This document shows, piece after piece, positions 8,868-17,090 of a stretch of 32,000 nt of DNA. Numbering within the stretch: the stretch's first letter is position 1; each line of letters opens with the position of its first letter. Made by a program: the position numbers and the translations under genes. The DNA lies in contig OY781039.1 of assembly GCA_963676105.1 (NCBI GenBank), positions 60,001 through 92,000 of the forward strand, given 5' to 3'. The notes below the pieces were generated by a model. The model was not told the origin of the DNA. It saw only the letters and a program-made list of their open reading frames with translations, and searched no databases. The stretch comes from Erysipelotrichaceae bacterium. Its GTDB lineage: Bacteria > Bacillota_I > Bacilli_A > Erysipelotrichales > Erysipelotrichaceae.

Positions 8868-9323
8868 CTACCTCAAGAAATACATTAACCCACCAACAGT
8901 CAATCCGACAACTATTCCGCCCAAAACTTCTGTCCACTTGTGTCCTAAAACTTCTTTTACTTTAAGTAAATAGATCGGATCATCGAGTTTCACTTGGGTC
9001 AAAGTTTGGATATCTTTAATCAGTTGTTGAGTGATTTGAATATTGCGTCCAGCATAGAATCGAACATTCGCCGCATCATAAATAACAATCATTGAAAAAG
9101 ATAAGACAACCGCAAAGATAGTTGAATCAAAATTATCATGAAGACCAACGGATATGACCAATGCTGAAACAAGGGCTGTATGCGATGAAGGGAATCCACC
9201 ACTTTCAAAAATAAGTGAGCCATCCCACTCTCGAGTCACAATATATTTTAAGACTGGCTTTAAAAGTTGAGCTAATTGATTAGCCACAAATGCAGCCCAA
9301 AAGGGGTAATAATTTCCTAGCAT
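8868..9323 (-). CDS. Divergent PAP2 / DUF212 (YuiD-like) membrane protein
   Basis: The motif ESGGFPSSHTALVSAL and the membrane profile are characteristic of the acid-phosphatase/vanadium-haloperoxidase-related DUF212 family. Confidence 0.75.
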   Translation of the reverse strand: MLGNYYPFWAAFVANQLAQLLKPVLKYIVTREWDGSLIFESGGFPSSHTALVSALVISVGLHDNFDSTIFAVVLSFSMIVIYDAANVRFYAGRNIQITQQLIKDIQTLTQVKLDDPIYLLKVKEVLGHKWTEVLGGIVVGLTVGGLMYFLR

Positions 9324-9344
9324 AAAGTTTTCCTAACGTAAAAA

Positions 9345-9381
9345 ATTATAGCACATATATTAAAAAAGCCTGTGCTATAAT
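9345..9381. promoter_or_regulatory. Back-to-back divergent extended -10 promoters formed by an 11-bp perfect inverted repeat
   Basis: ATTATAGCACA (9345-9355) and TGTGCTATAAT (9371-9381). Each arm reads TGcTATAAT on its own strand and is correctly placed for the DUF212 gene (minus) and the S1 gene (plus). Confidence 0.55.
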
Positions 9382-9403
9382 ATCGAAGTACTTAGGAGTG
9401 ATA

Positions 9404-9763
9404 ATGATGTTTCAAGTTGGTCAAATCATTGAAGGTGAAGTAAGTGGAATACAGGCTTATGGCGCTTTCGTTCAAATCGATAAAGAGACGAGTGGTTTGA
9501 TTCACATATCAGAAATCTCGGATGGTTATGTTAAGGATATTAACCACTTTGTTAAGGTGGGAGATAAACTAAAACTAAAAATCTTAGAGGTTGATGAAGA
9601 AACACATCATCTTCGTTTATCACTAAAGGCACTAAGAAACTCACGAAAGAGTCGGCCTCGACATAAACGGATTCCTAAAATGAAAAATGCAATTGGGTTT
9701 GAATCACTTAGAGAAAACTTAGACGCATGGATTGAAATTGCACACAAGGAGATAGAAAAATGA
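9404..9763 (+). CDS. S1 RNA-binding domain protein (YugI / general-stress-protein-13-like)
   Basis: S1 fold sequence GQIIEGEVSGIQAYGAFVQI...GLIHISEISDGYVKD. The tracked GTG start at 9398 overlaps the AGGAG SD (9394-9398), so ATG 9404 (or 9407) is preferred. Confidence 0.8.
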   Translation: MMFQVGQIIEGEVSGIQAYGAFVQIDKETSGLIHISEISDGYVKDINHFVKVGDKLKLKILEVDEETHHLRLSLKALRNSRKSRPRHKRIPKMKNAIGFESLRENLDAWIEIAHKEIEK

Positions 9764-11040
9764 TTAAAGTTGATTTTACGAATGCTTTAGATCCTAAGGT
9801 TCTAGAAAGCTATCAAGCAGAAGTTAATAAGTATCATGTTAATTTAACTGAGAAAACAGGTTTAGGTTCAGATTTTTTAGGTTGGACTACTTTACCATTT
9901 GATTATGATAAAGAAGAATTTGAACTCGTTAAAAAACTAGCGAAAGATGTACGCGCAAAAGCAGATACATTTATTGTATGTGGTATTGGTGGTTCATACT
10001 TAGGATCACGTGCTGCGATTGAAATGATTAATGGGATTTTCCCAAAAGAAAACAAAGTTGAGGTTTTATTCTTAGGAAACACATTCTCTTCAACTTACAT
10101 TATGCAAGTTTTAGATCGTATTAAAGATCGTAACGTTATGGTTAATGTTATTTCTAAATCAGGAACAACTACTGAAACGGCAATGGCATTTAGACTCGTT
10201 AAACAATTCTTAGTTGAAAAATATGGCGAAGAAGAAGCTATTTCTCGTATCATTGCGACAACTGATAAAGCACGTGGTACTTTAAAAGCTCAAGCAGATT
10301 CAAAAGGTTATGTAACACTAACCATTCCTGATGATGTTGGTGGACGTTATTCTGTTTTAACTTCTGTTGGTTTATTACCAATTGCGGTTGCGGGGATTGA
10401 TATTGACGCAATGATGCAAGGGGCTCAAGAAGCTGCTAAAGCATATACTTCAAGCAAGATTTCTGAAAATGATGCGTATGCTTATGCGGTTGCTCGTCGT
10501 TATATGGAAGAGAAAGTTGGTAAATCAACTGAACTTCTTGTTTCTTATGAAACTCAATTAACAATGGTTGCTGAGTGGTGGAAACAACTCTATGGTGAAT
10601 CTGAAGGTAAAGAAGAAAAAGGCTTATTCCCAGCTTCAGTTAACTTCTCAACAGATCTTCACTCAATGGGTCAAATGGTTCAAGAAGGAACTAAACTTTT
10701 ATTTGAAACATTGCTCTTAGTTAAAGAACCAACTTTAGATATGAAATTCCCAACTGATTCAGAAGACTTAGATGGTATGAACTATCTAGCTGGTAAAACT
10801 TTAGATGAAGTTAATAAGAATGCAATGTTAGGTACACTAGAGGCTCATCATGACGAAGGTGGTATTCCAAATATCATGTTAACAATCGATAAAATGGATG
10901 CGAAGAACTTTGGTTATATGGCTCAATTCTTCTTCATCTCATGTGGTATGTCCGTATATCTATTAGGTGTTAATCCATTCAATCAACCTGGTGTTGAAGT
11001 CTATAAGAAAAATATGTTTAGACTATTAGGTAAAAAATAA
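9760..11040 (+). CDS. pgi: Glucose-6-phosphate isomerase
   Basis: GIGGSYLGSRA and ISKSGTTTET motifs in a 426-aa Firmicute-type PGI. The start overlaps the upstream stop (ATGA). Confidence 0.95.
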   Translation: MIKVDFTNALDPKVLESYQAEVNKYHVNLTEKTGLGSDFLGWTTLPFDYDKEEFELVKKLAKDVRAKADTFIVCGIGGSYLGSRAAIEMINGIFPKENKVEVLFLGNTFSSTYIMQVLDRIKDRNVMVNVISKSGTTTETAMAFRLVKQFLVEKYGEEEAISRIIATTDKARGTLKAQADSKGYVTLTIPDDVGGRYSVLTSVGLLPIAVAGIDIDAMMQGAQEAAKAYTSSKISENDAYAYAVARRYMEEKVGKSTELLVSYETQLTMVAEWWKQLYGESEGKEEKGLFPASVNFSTDLHSMGQMVQEGTKLLFETLLLVKEPTLDMKFPTDSEDLDGMNYLAGKTLDEVNKNAMLGTLEAHHDEGGIPNIMLTIDKMDAKNFGYMAQFFFISCGMSVYLLGVNPFNQPGVEVYKKNMFRLLGKK

Positions 11041-11053
11041 TAAATAGCAGATT

Positions 11054-11083
11054 AAAAAAGGATTTCGATGGAAATCCTTTTTT
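11054..11083. terminator. Bidirectional terminator between pgi and apbE
   Basis: A 10-bp perfect stem AAAGGATTTC / GAAATCCTTT with loop GATG, flanked by an A-run and a T-run. Confidence 0.85.
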
Positions 11084-11087
11084 GTAT

Positions 11088-12233
11088 TTATCGATATAAT
11101 CTTGAATGATCAACTAAGTTATCTGTATGAACTAAACTAAATCCTTCAGAATCAATGATGTTTGAGGCATTTGTAGGTGCAAGTCCTTCTTCGTACACCC
11201 ATAAGACACCAAAGTAGTTATCAGGGTATTTTGTTTGTATTTCAGTGTAGTATTCCATTGCACGATCATAATCTAATATAAAGAAGGCCTTAGATAATGC
11301 TTCTGCATCACCAGCTTTTAAATCAGTTACCACCGTTACGGCGTGTAAGTTTGTCACAACAGGATAGAGTGTTACAGGATCAATAATATGATGATAATAA
11401 TTCCCATCTTCAGCTACATAATAGTTTTGATTATCCCCTGAAGTTGAAATTGAGATATCAGCAGGGAAGTATAAGGTATCAATCGTATTTGCACCAATTA
11501 AAGTAGGACGAGTAGGAGCGGTAATACCAACGCCCCATTCAGAGCCATCAGGTTTAGAACCAATCGTTAAGATAGATGAATCACCAATATTAATGATGGC
11601 AATATCCATGCCAGCTTCTTTTAATTGTTCAGCGACTATATCAGCCGCAAATCCTTTACCAATTCCGCCAACATCTACTTGCGTACATGCTTCAGTGATT
11701 TCAATCGTATTGGCTTCATCATCGATAATGATATTATCCCAGCCACTACATAGGTTTGCCGCATTTAATTCTTCAATACTTGGGATAGAACCGAATTCTA
11801 CAGGCTCATTTTGATTTAAAAGTTTTCCTTCTTCACGATAAGCATGCCAAATATTTAAAACAGCTCCAATACTTGGATCAAATGTATTCCAAGTGTCTGT
11901 CGTCCACATTTGTGCCTCTAAGAATAAATCAATGAGTGATTGATCAACTTCAATAGGACCCGTTCCAGCCGTATCATTGATGGTATATAAGTTAGTAATA
12001 CCTTCAATTCGAGTGTATTTATCATATAAATGACCTAGTCGTGTAAATTCGGCTTCTAATTGATCGTAATAATCATTATAAGTTGCCTCATCTTTTGTGT
12101 AGGCAATTAAAGTAACTGCAATATCTTTGAATCCTACATCTAAGGCTACTTGAGCATATCTAGATGGGGTGCTTTCGCAACTTGTTAAAAGTAGTAATGT
12201 TGCGAGAATTAAGGTTATTTTTGTTCTAATCAT
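11088..12233 (-). CDS. apbE: FAD:protein FMN transferase ApbE, lipoprotein
   Basis: Contains VDVGGIGKGFAAD (ApbE motif). I prefer the start at ATG 12233, which gives MIRTKITLILATLLLLTSCEST with a lipobox (LLTSC). The tracked TTG start at 12314 would add 27 non-signal residues and would run through the promoter. Confidence 0.88.
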   Translation of the reverse strand: MIRTKITLILATLLLLTSCESTPSRYAQVALDVGFKDIAVTLIAYTKDEATYNDYYDQLEAEFTRLGHLYDKYTRIEGITNLYTINDTAGTGPIEVDQSLIDLFLEAQMWTTDTWNTFDPSIGAVLNIWHAYREEGKLLNQNEPVEFGSIPSIEELNAANLCSGWDNIIIDDEANTIEITEACTQVDVGGIGKGFAADIVAEQLKEAGMDIAIINIGDSSILTIGSKPDGSEWGVGITAPTRPTLIGANTIDTLYFPADISISTSGDNQNYYVAEDGNYYHHIIDPVTLYPVVTNLHAVTVVTDLKAGDAEALSKAFFILDYDRAMEYYTEIQTKYPDNYFGVLWVYEEGLAPTNASNIIDSEGFSLVHTDNLVDHSRLYR

Positions 12234-12239
12234 GTGAGC

Positions 12240-12248
12240 ATTATAGCA
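12240..12248 (-). promoter_or_regulatory. Extended -10 promoter of apbE (TGCTATAAT on the minus strand)
   Basis: The minus strand reads TGCTATAAT-gctcac-ATG. The ATG lies 6 nt after the -10 box and there is no SD, which is a leaderless arrangement. Confidence 0.5.
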
Positions 12249-12282
12249 TATGATAATAGGTCTAAACTTGTGAAAATATTTG

Positions 12283-12291
12283 TGATATAAT
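12283..12291 (+). promoter_or_regulatory. Extended -10 promoter of the rnf operon (TGATATAAT)
   Basis: TGaTATAAT lies about 64 nt upstream of the rnfC ATG. The 5' UTR contains a small hairpin, AGTCAA-GCTTTT-TTGACT (12309-12326). Confidence 0.5.
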
Positions 12292-12354
12292 GGACAAGTA
12301 ACTTGAAGAGTCAAGCTTTTTTGACTGTTATGAGGAAAGGGTTAGAGTGATTGT

Positions 12355-13647
12355 ATGTCGTTTTGGACAGGGCCTGGAAGACAACATTTAGAAGGCCATA
12401 AGAAGTTAACTGCGTACACTGATATCGTGCAAGTTAAGCCTAAATCAGAAGTCTATGTACCATTAGATAATGGTGCTGGTTATACTTTTGAAGCTGCCGT
12501 AAAAGAAGGCGATAAAGTAGAATTAGGACAATATTTAGGCAAGTGGGGAGGAAAGTTTGAAGTCCCTATGTTTGCGCCTGTTTCAGGTACGGTTGGTGCC
12601 ACTAAAAAAATGATGCATGCTGCGTTAAGACCAGTTGAGCATTTAGTGATTACCGATGATAAAAAATATACTGTAGTTCAGTCATTTAAACCACTAGATT
12701 ATGAGCGTGCAACACGTGAAGAACTAGTAGAGTTTATGAAGAATGCCGGTATGCTAGGAATGGGAGGCGCAGGTTTCCCAACATACATTAAATATTCTAG
12801 GGTTGATGGAATTCATACCTTATTAATTAATGCGGTTGAATGTGAACCATACATTACAGCTGATGATCGTTTAATGCATGATTATAAAGATCTTGTTTAT
12901 ACAGGTGTTTTAGCACTTTTAAAAATGAGTTCTGGATCAAAAGCTGTTATTGCGGTCAAAAAATATAAAAAAGAGCTCATTGCTGATTTAAAAGACTTAT
13001 TTAAAAATAACCCACAAGTTGAAATATTTGGTGCGCCAGATGTTTACCCAATGGGTTGGGAGCGTACACTTGTTTATGAGTATGCGAAAAAACGTTATAA
13101 TCGTTTGCCAGGTGAAATTGGTATTATCGTAAATAACATCACGACTGCGATTAGTTTTGCGAATGCACTCGTTAATGGTATGGGTGTTACTGAAAAACTT
13201 GTTACTTTCTCAGGTGATGGTTTAAAGAAAAATGCCAATGTTAAAGTACCTTATGGTACACCTGTAACAGATATTGTTGAAGCCTTAGGTGGTTATTCAA
13301 CTGAATCTGTATTATTAATTGCAGGTGGTCCGATGATGGGACGCACCATGACAACAGATGCGATTGTTGTTCATACGTATTCTAATGCGATGACGATTCT
13401 TAAACATGAACCAGTTGAAGCAATTGAATGTTTACGTTGTGGTCGTTGTAATGACTCTTGCCCAGCAGGTTTATTACCTGTTCGTATTAATAATGCTGAA
13501 AGCGCTAAAGATTTAAATCTTATTGAAAAATTGGCAGCTGATCAATGTATTGAATGTGGTTTATGTTCATATGTATGCCCATCAAAAATTGATGTAACGG
13601 AAGGTGTAAGACGTGCAAAACGTGCGTTGACACTTAGAAAGCGATAG
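12355..13647 (+). CDS. rnfC: Rnf electron transport complex subunit C
   Basis: GMGGAGFPT nucleotide-binding region and two C-terminal [4Fe-4S] motifs, CLRCGRCNDSCP and CIECGLCSYVCP. Confidence 0.93.
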   Translation: MSFWTGPGRQHLEGHKKLTAYTDIVQVKPKSEVYVPLDNGAGYTFEAAVKEGDKVELGQYLGKWGGKFEVPMFAPVSGTVGATKKMMHAALRPVEHLVITDDKKYTVVQSFKPLDYERATREELVEFMKNAGMLGMGGAGFPTYIKYSRVDGIHTLLINAVECEPYITADDRLMHDYKDLVYTGVLALLKMSSGSKAVIAVKKYKKELIADLKDLFKNNPQVEIFGAPDVYPMGWERTLVYEYAKKRYNRLPGEIGIIVNNITTAISFANALVNGMGVTEKLVTFSGDGLKKNANVKVPYGTPVTDIVEALGGYSTESVLLIAGGPMMGRTMTTDAIVVHTYSNAMTILKHEPVEAIECLRCGRCNDSCPAGLLPVRINNAESAKDLNLIEKLAADQCIECGLCSYVCPSKIDVTEGVRRAKRALTLRKR

Positions 13648-13659
13648 GAGGAGAAACTG

Positions 13660-15165
13660 ATGAAATTTAATTTTAGGGTATCCCCTAACTATCGTGCACC
13701 ACTTAGCACGCAACGTATTATGTTTGAATTAACCTTGGGTATTTTATTAGTCCTAGGGTATAACGTTTATTTCTATTTTGCACATTTAGGTGCGGACTAT
13801 GGCATCCATGCCTTAACAATGATTGTGACTGCAGTTGTTGTTGCGGTAGGTACTGAAATGGTTTGGGCTTTAGCCTTTAAGAAAAAACCAGTTAAGTATG
13901 TCTTAAATTCATTCCCTTGGGTAACAGCTTTACTCTTTGTTGGAATGATGGGTATCAATAAACCATTATATGTGATTATCATTGGTACACTCGTTGCTAT
14001 TTTAGTTGGTAAACTACTCTTTGGTGGATTTGGATTCAATATCTTCAATCCGGCTGGTGTTGGTCGTGCCTTTGTTGTTTTATCATTTGGTGGTTTAGTG
14101 TTCTCAGGTTTCCCTGATGTGGTAACTGGCGCAACACCAAATACTGTTATGGAAACGTTAGGTTGGGTTATTAATGATCCAACAGCCGTCGCAAACTACT
14201 TAGAACAATTCGGTGGTTTATGGGGCTTAGTTACTGGTGGTTATGTAGGTGCGATTGGGGAAACTAATTCACTCCTTATCTTAGCTGTTGGTATTTATTT
14301 ATCTGTTAGAGGGATTATTGATTGGAGAGCACCTGCTGCTTTCTTAGTATCCTTATTTGTTTTTGCTGGTGCTATTGCTTTATGGCATGGCATGGGTATT
14401 TGGTATCCTGTTTATCACCTTGTAACAGGTGGTGTTATGTTTGGGGCAATCTTTATGTTGACTGACCCGGTAACATCTCCTACCTCTATTACAGGTCGAT
14501 TAATTTTCTCTATTGGGGTTGCTTTCTTAGTTATCCTCATGCGTGTTAAAGCAAATTTACCAGAAGGTATGATTCGTTCTATCTTATTTATGAATATGCT
14601 CTCTCCAATGTTAGATCAACTAACGGATGGTCAAAGCTATGTCAATCTTAAAAAGAATATCGCAAAAGTGGGTGGTGTCTTTGCAGCCTCACTTGCGATT
14701 GTATTAGTCTTTGCATCAATGATTGATTATATTGAGCCAAAAGCAGAAGCTGCTGAAGAACATGAAATCATTGTCGTTTTAGGTCATTCAGTCAATGTTG
14801 CAGATTACTCTACAGCAAGTTCTGAAATTGTTTCTAAAACTGAAAATGGTCATTTAACAACTTTTGTAGTTAATTCTCCAGGTTATGAAGTTCTCGAAAG
14901 TGAATATGCTGAAGATCCAAAACCTAACCAATTTGAAATTGTCGTTGATACTGATACGAATACAGTAGTAAGTGCTGGTTATATTGAATATAACGATACT
15001 TATAAAGTTGGTGATAAGACGGATGCAGCAATCTTCTTTGACCAATTCATTGATTACAATTTATCAAGTACAGATGGCACAATTGATGTCGTTACGGGTG
15101 CTACATTCTCATCTGAATCAGCCATACGTGCTCTCGCTACAGTTGTTGAAGCGATGGGACAGTAA
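13660..15165 (+). CDS. rnfD: Rnf subunit D fused to an extra C-terminal transmembrane helix and an FMN-binding (RnfG-like) domain
   Basis: The RnfD/NqrB core (aa 1-325) carries the flavinylation motif DVVTGAT (aa 153-159) and MLTDPVTSP. It is followed by a TM helix (aa 336-355) and a roughly 140-aa domain ending IDVVTGATFSSESAIRAL (FMN_bind signature). At 501 aa the protein is much longer than typical RnfD subunits. Confidence 0.88.
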   Translation: MKFNFRVSPNYRAPLSTQRIMFELTLGILLVLGYNVYFYFAHLGADYGIHALTMIVTAVVVAVGTEMVWALAFKKKPVKYVLNSFPWVTALLFVGMMGINKPLYVIIIGTLVAILVGKLLFGGFGFNIFNPAGVGRAFVVLSFGGLVFSGFPDVVTGATPNTVMETLGWVINDPTAVANYLEQFGGLWGLVTGGYVGAIGETNSLLILAVGIYLSVRGIIDWRAPAAFLVSLFVFAGAIALWHGMGIWYPVYHLVTGGVMFGAIFMLTDPVTSPTSITGRLIFSIGVAFLVILMRVKANLPEGMIRSILFMNMLSPMLDQLTDGQSYVNLKKNIAKVGGVFAASLAIVLVFASMIDYIEPKAEAAEEHEIIVVLGHSVNVADYSTASSEIVSKTENGHLTTFVVNSPGYEVLESEYAEDPKPNQFEIVVDTDTNTVVSAGYIEYNDTYKVGDKTDAAIFFDQFIDYNLSSTDGTIDVVTGATFSSESAIRALATVVEAMGQ

Positions 15166-15179
15166 GGAGGCCATAGAAC

Positions 15180-15683
15180 ATGAAAAAAATATTACATTTA
15201 ACATTATTCTTGGCTATTGTTTCTGCGATTGCAGGAGCAGCATTATCCTATGTTAATGGGATGACAAGCCCAATTATTCAAGAACGTAAAATTGCTGCTG
15301 TTAAGGCATCTCTACAAGAGATTTACCCTAATATAGATGAGTTTATGGAAATCGATTTTACTGATGACAGTGAAACTATTCAAAATGTTTATGAAGCTGT
15401 TGGTGCAGGTTATGCCTTTAATGTAAAAGTTCAAGGTTATGCTAACCCAATTGAATATTTAGTCGGAGTTAATACCGATGGAGAAGTTGTTGGATTTGTG
15501 GTTACTTCAGTTAGTGACACGCCAGGTTTAGGAACAAAAGTTGGTGATCCAGAATTCGCAAACTCAGTTATTGGAAATAACATTAGCGGTAGTTTTGACA
15601 CCATCGCTGGTGCTACTATTTCATCTTCTGCAGTAACTACAGGACTCGCTAATGCTGGTGTTGTCCTAGAAAGTTTGAAATAA
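15180..15683 (+). CDS. rnfG: Rnf subunit G (FMN-binding)
   Basis: N-terminal TM anchor and the FMN_bind signature FDTIAGATISSSAV. It sits in the conserved position in the rnfCDGEAB order. Confidence 0.9.
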   Translation: MKKILHLTLFLAIVSAIAGAALSYVNGMTSPIIQERKIAAVKASLQEIYPNIDEFMEIDFTDDSETIQNVYEAVGAGYAFNVKVQGYANPIEYLVGVNTDGEVVGFVVTSVSDTPGLGTKVGDPEFANSVIGNNISGSFDTIAGATISSSAVTTGLANAGVVLESLK

Positions 15684-15692
15684 GGAGGGGTT

Positions 15693-16340
15693 ATGAATAA
15701 AATTGCTAATTACGGTATGAATTTACTTAAAGAAAACCCTGTCTTTGGTTTATATCTAGGGTTATGTTCCGCTCTAGCGATCTCAAATAATTTAAATAAT
15801 GCGGTTGGTATGGGTGTAGCGGTTATTATCGTTTTGACCATTTCCAATATCTTAGTTTCTGCATTACGTAAATTTACACCAGAAGAAATTCGTATTCCTG
15901 TTTACATTGTAATTGTCGCGACTTTAGTTAAGTCTGTGGAATTATTGATGAAAGCTTATGCGCCAGCACTTGATGCAGCCTTAGGAGTTTTCGTTCCTTT
16001 GATTGTTGTTAACTGTATCATCTTAGGACGTGCAGAAGCCTTTGCTTCTAAAAATGGTGTATTCGCATCAATGCTTGATGGTTTAAATATGGGCTTTGCT
16101 TATACATTAAGCTTAGTTGCTATTGCGATTATTCGTCAGTTCTTATCTTCAGGTGGATTAAGTTTAAGTAATCCATTCTCGGGTGCAACCATCTTTGAAT
16201 TTACACTCATTCCAAGCGATTATATTATTCCAGTGTTTAATCAACCGATTGGTGCATTCTTAACATTTGCATTTCTTGCAGCTGGTGTCGCAGCAATTAA
16301 AAACGCGAGCGAAGCTAGAGCTGCGAAAGGAGAAGCATAA
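15693..16340 (+). CDS. rnfE: Rnf subunit E
   Basis: Polytopic RnfE/NqrD-type protein with PLIVVNCIILGRAEAFA. Confidence 0.9.
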   Translation: MNKIANYGMNLLKENPVFGLYLGLCSALAISNNLNNAVGMGVAVIIVLTISNILVSALRKFTPEEIRIPVYIVIVATLVKSVELLMKAYAPALDAALGVFVPLIVVNCIILGRAEAFASKNGVFASMLDGLNMGFAYTLSLVAIAIIRQFLSSGGLSLSNPFSGATIFEFTLIPSDYIIPVFNQPIGAFLTFAFLAAGVAAIKNASEARAAKGEA

Positions 16341-16342
16341 TT

Positions 16343-16918
16343 ATGAGCGATTATATTGCACTATTTGTAGCTGCTATTCTAATTAATAACGTTGTTCTAT
16401 CTAAATTCTTAGGTATGTGTCCAGTAATGGGTGTTAGCCGTAAAGCTAGCTCAGCGATTGGTATGGGCGCAGCGGTTACCTTCGTTATCGTGGGTAGTTC
16501 AATTATTACTTATGTTATTTATTATTCAGTTTTAGTACCATTAGAAATTCAATATATGGACTTAATCGCATTCATTGCAGTTATTGCGGCTTTTGTTCAA
16601 TTTACTGAAATGGTTATTAAAAAATTCTCTCCTGCTTTATATAAAGCATTAGGGATTTATTTACCACTTATCACAACAAACTGTGCTGTGCTTTATGTAG
16701 CTTTAATCAACATTACAGATAAACTCAGCTTTGTTGAAATGGTAGTCTTTTCATTAGGTTCTTCTATTGGATTCATGGTTGTTCTATATATCTTCTCTAC
16801 CATTAGAGAACGATTAGATAATGCACCAATTCCTGAAGCATTTAAAGGAAATCCAATTGCGCTAGTTGTCATGGCTTTAATGGCTGCGATCTTCACTAGC
16901 TTTGCAGGTTTAGTGTAA
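16343..16918 (+). CDS. rnfA: Rnf subunit A
   Basis: Polytopic RnfA/NqrE-type protein with LPLITTNCAVLYVAL. Confidence 0.9.
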   Translation: MSDYIALFVAAILINNVVLSKFLGMCPVMGVSRKASSAIGMGAAVTFVIVGSSIITYVIYYSVLVPLEIQYMDLIAFIAVIAAFVQFTEMVIKKFSPALYKALGIYLPLITTNCAVLYVALINITDKLSFVEMVVFSLGSSIGFMVVLYIFSTIRERLDNAPIPEAFKGNPIALVVMALMAAIFTSFAGLV

Positions 16919-16919
16919 T

Positions 16920-17090
16920 ATGGAAGCCGTACTACTTCTAGCAGGTCTTGGAGCGACGTATGCTTTGGTTTATTATTTAAATCAAAATACAGCTGTGCCT
17001 GAAGGTTGTGAAGAAGTTGATGCAAACTGTGCAAGTTGTACGGTTGGATCATGTTCAATTAAACCACTTATCACAAAGGAGAAACATTAA
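16920..17090 (+). CDS. Small membrane protein with a 4-Cys motif (56 aa). It is absent from the ORF track and sits between rnfA and rnfB.
   Basis: Codon-by-codon reading gives MEAVLLLAGLGATYALVYYLNQNTAVPEGCEEVDANCASCTVGSCSIKPLITKEKH. The ATG lies 1 nt after the rnfA stop, and the TAA overlaps the rnfB ATG (TAATG). The ORF fills a 171-nt gap in an operon whose other gaps are 2-14 nt. No strong SD is present. Confidence 0.55.
   Translation: MEAVLLLAGLGATYALVYYLNQNTAVPEGCEEVDANCASCTVGSCSIKPLITKEKH

Noticed and set aside
12234-12314. N-terminal extensions implied by the tracked starts: apbE TTG 12314, tadA-like 18470, oppC TTG 26281, coaX 21499 and the S1 protein GTG 9398.
   Set aside because: The downstream ATGs have better SD spacing or promoter placement, restore canonical N-termini (lipoprotein signal, MILTIDIGN) and remove long overlaps with upstream genes.
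14972-15256. A 94-aa plus-strand ORF bridging the rnfD 3' end and the rnfG 5' end. A similar ORF at 17277-17468 bridges rnfB and the terminator, and another at 31169-31414 bridges pduL and its terminator.
   Set aside because: All three are out of frame with well-supported genes and run across SD sequences and terminators. They are frame artefacts.
16693-17058. A 121-aa minus-strand ORF spanning the rnfA 3' end and the rnfA-rnfB gap.
   Set aside because: It is antisense to rnfA and to the tightly coupled 56-aa plus-strand ORF. It has no start context and shows no recognisable motifs.
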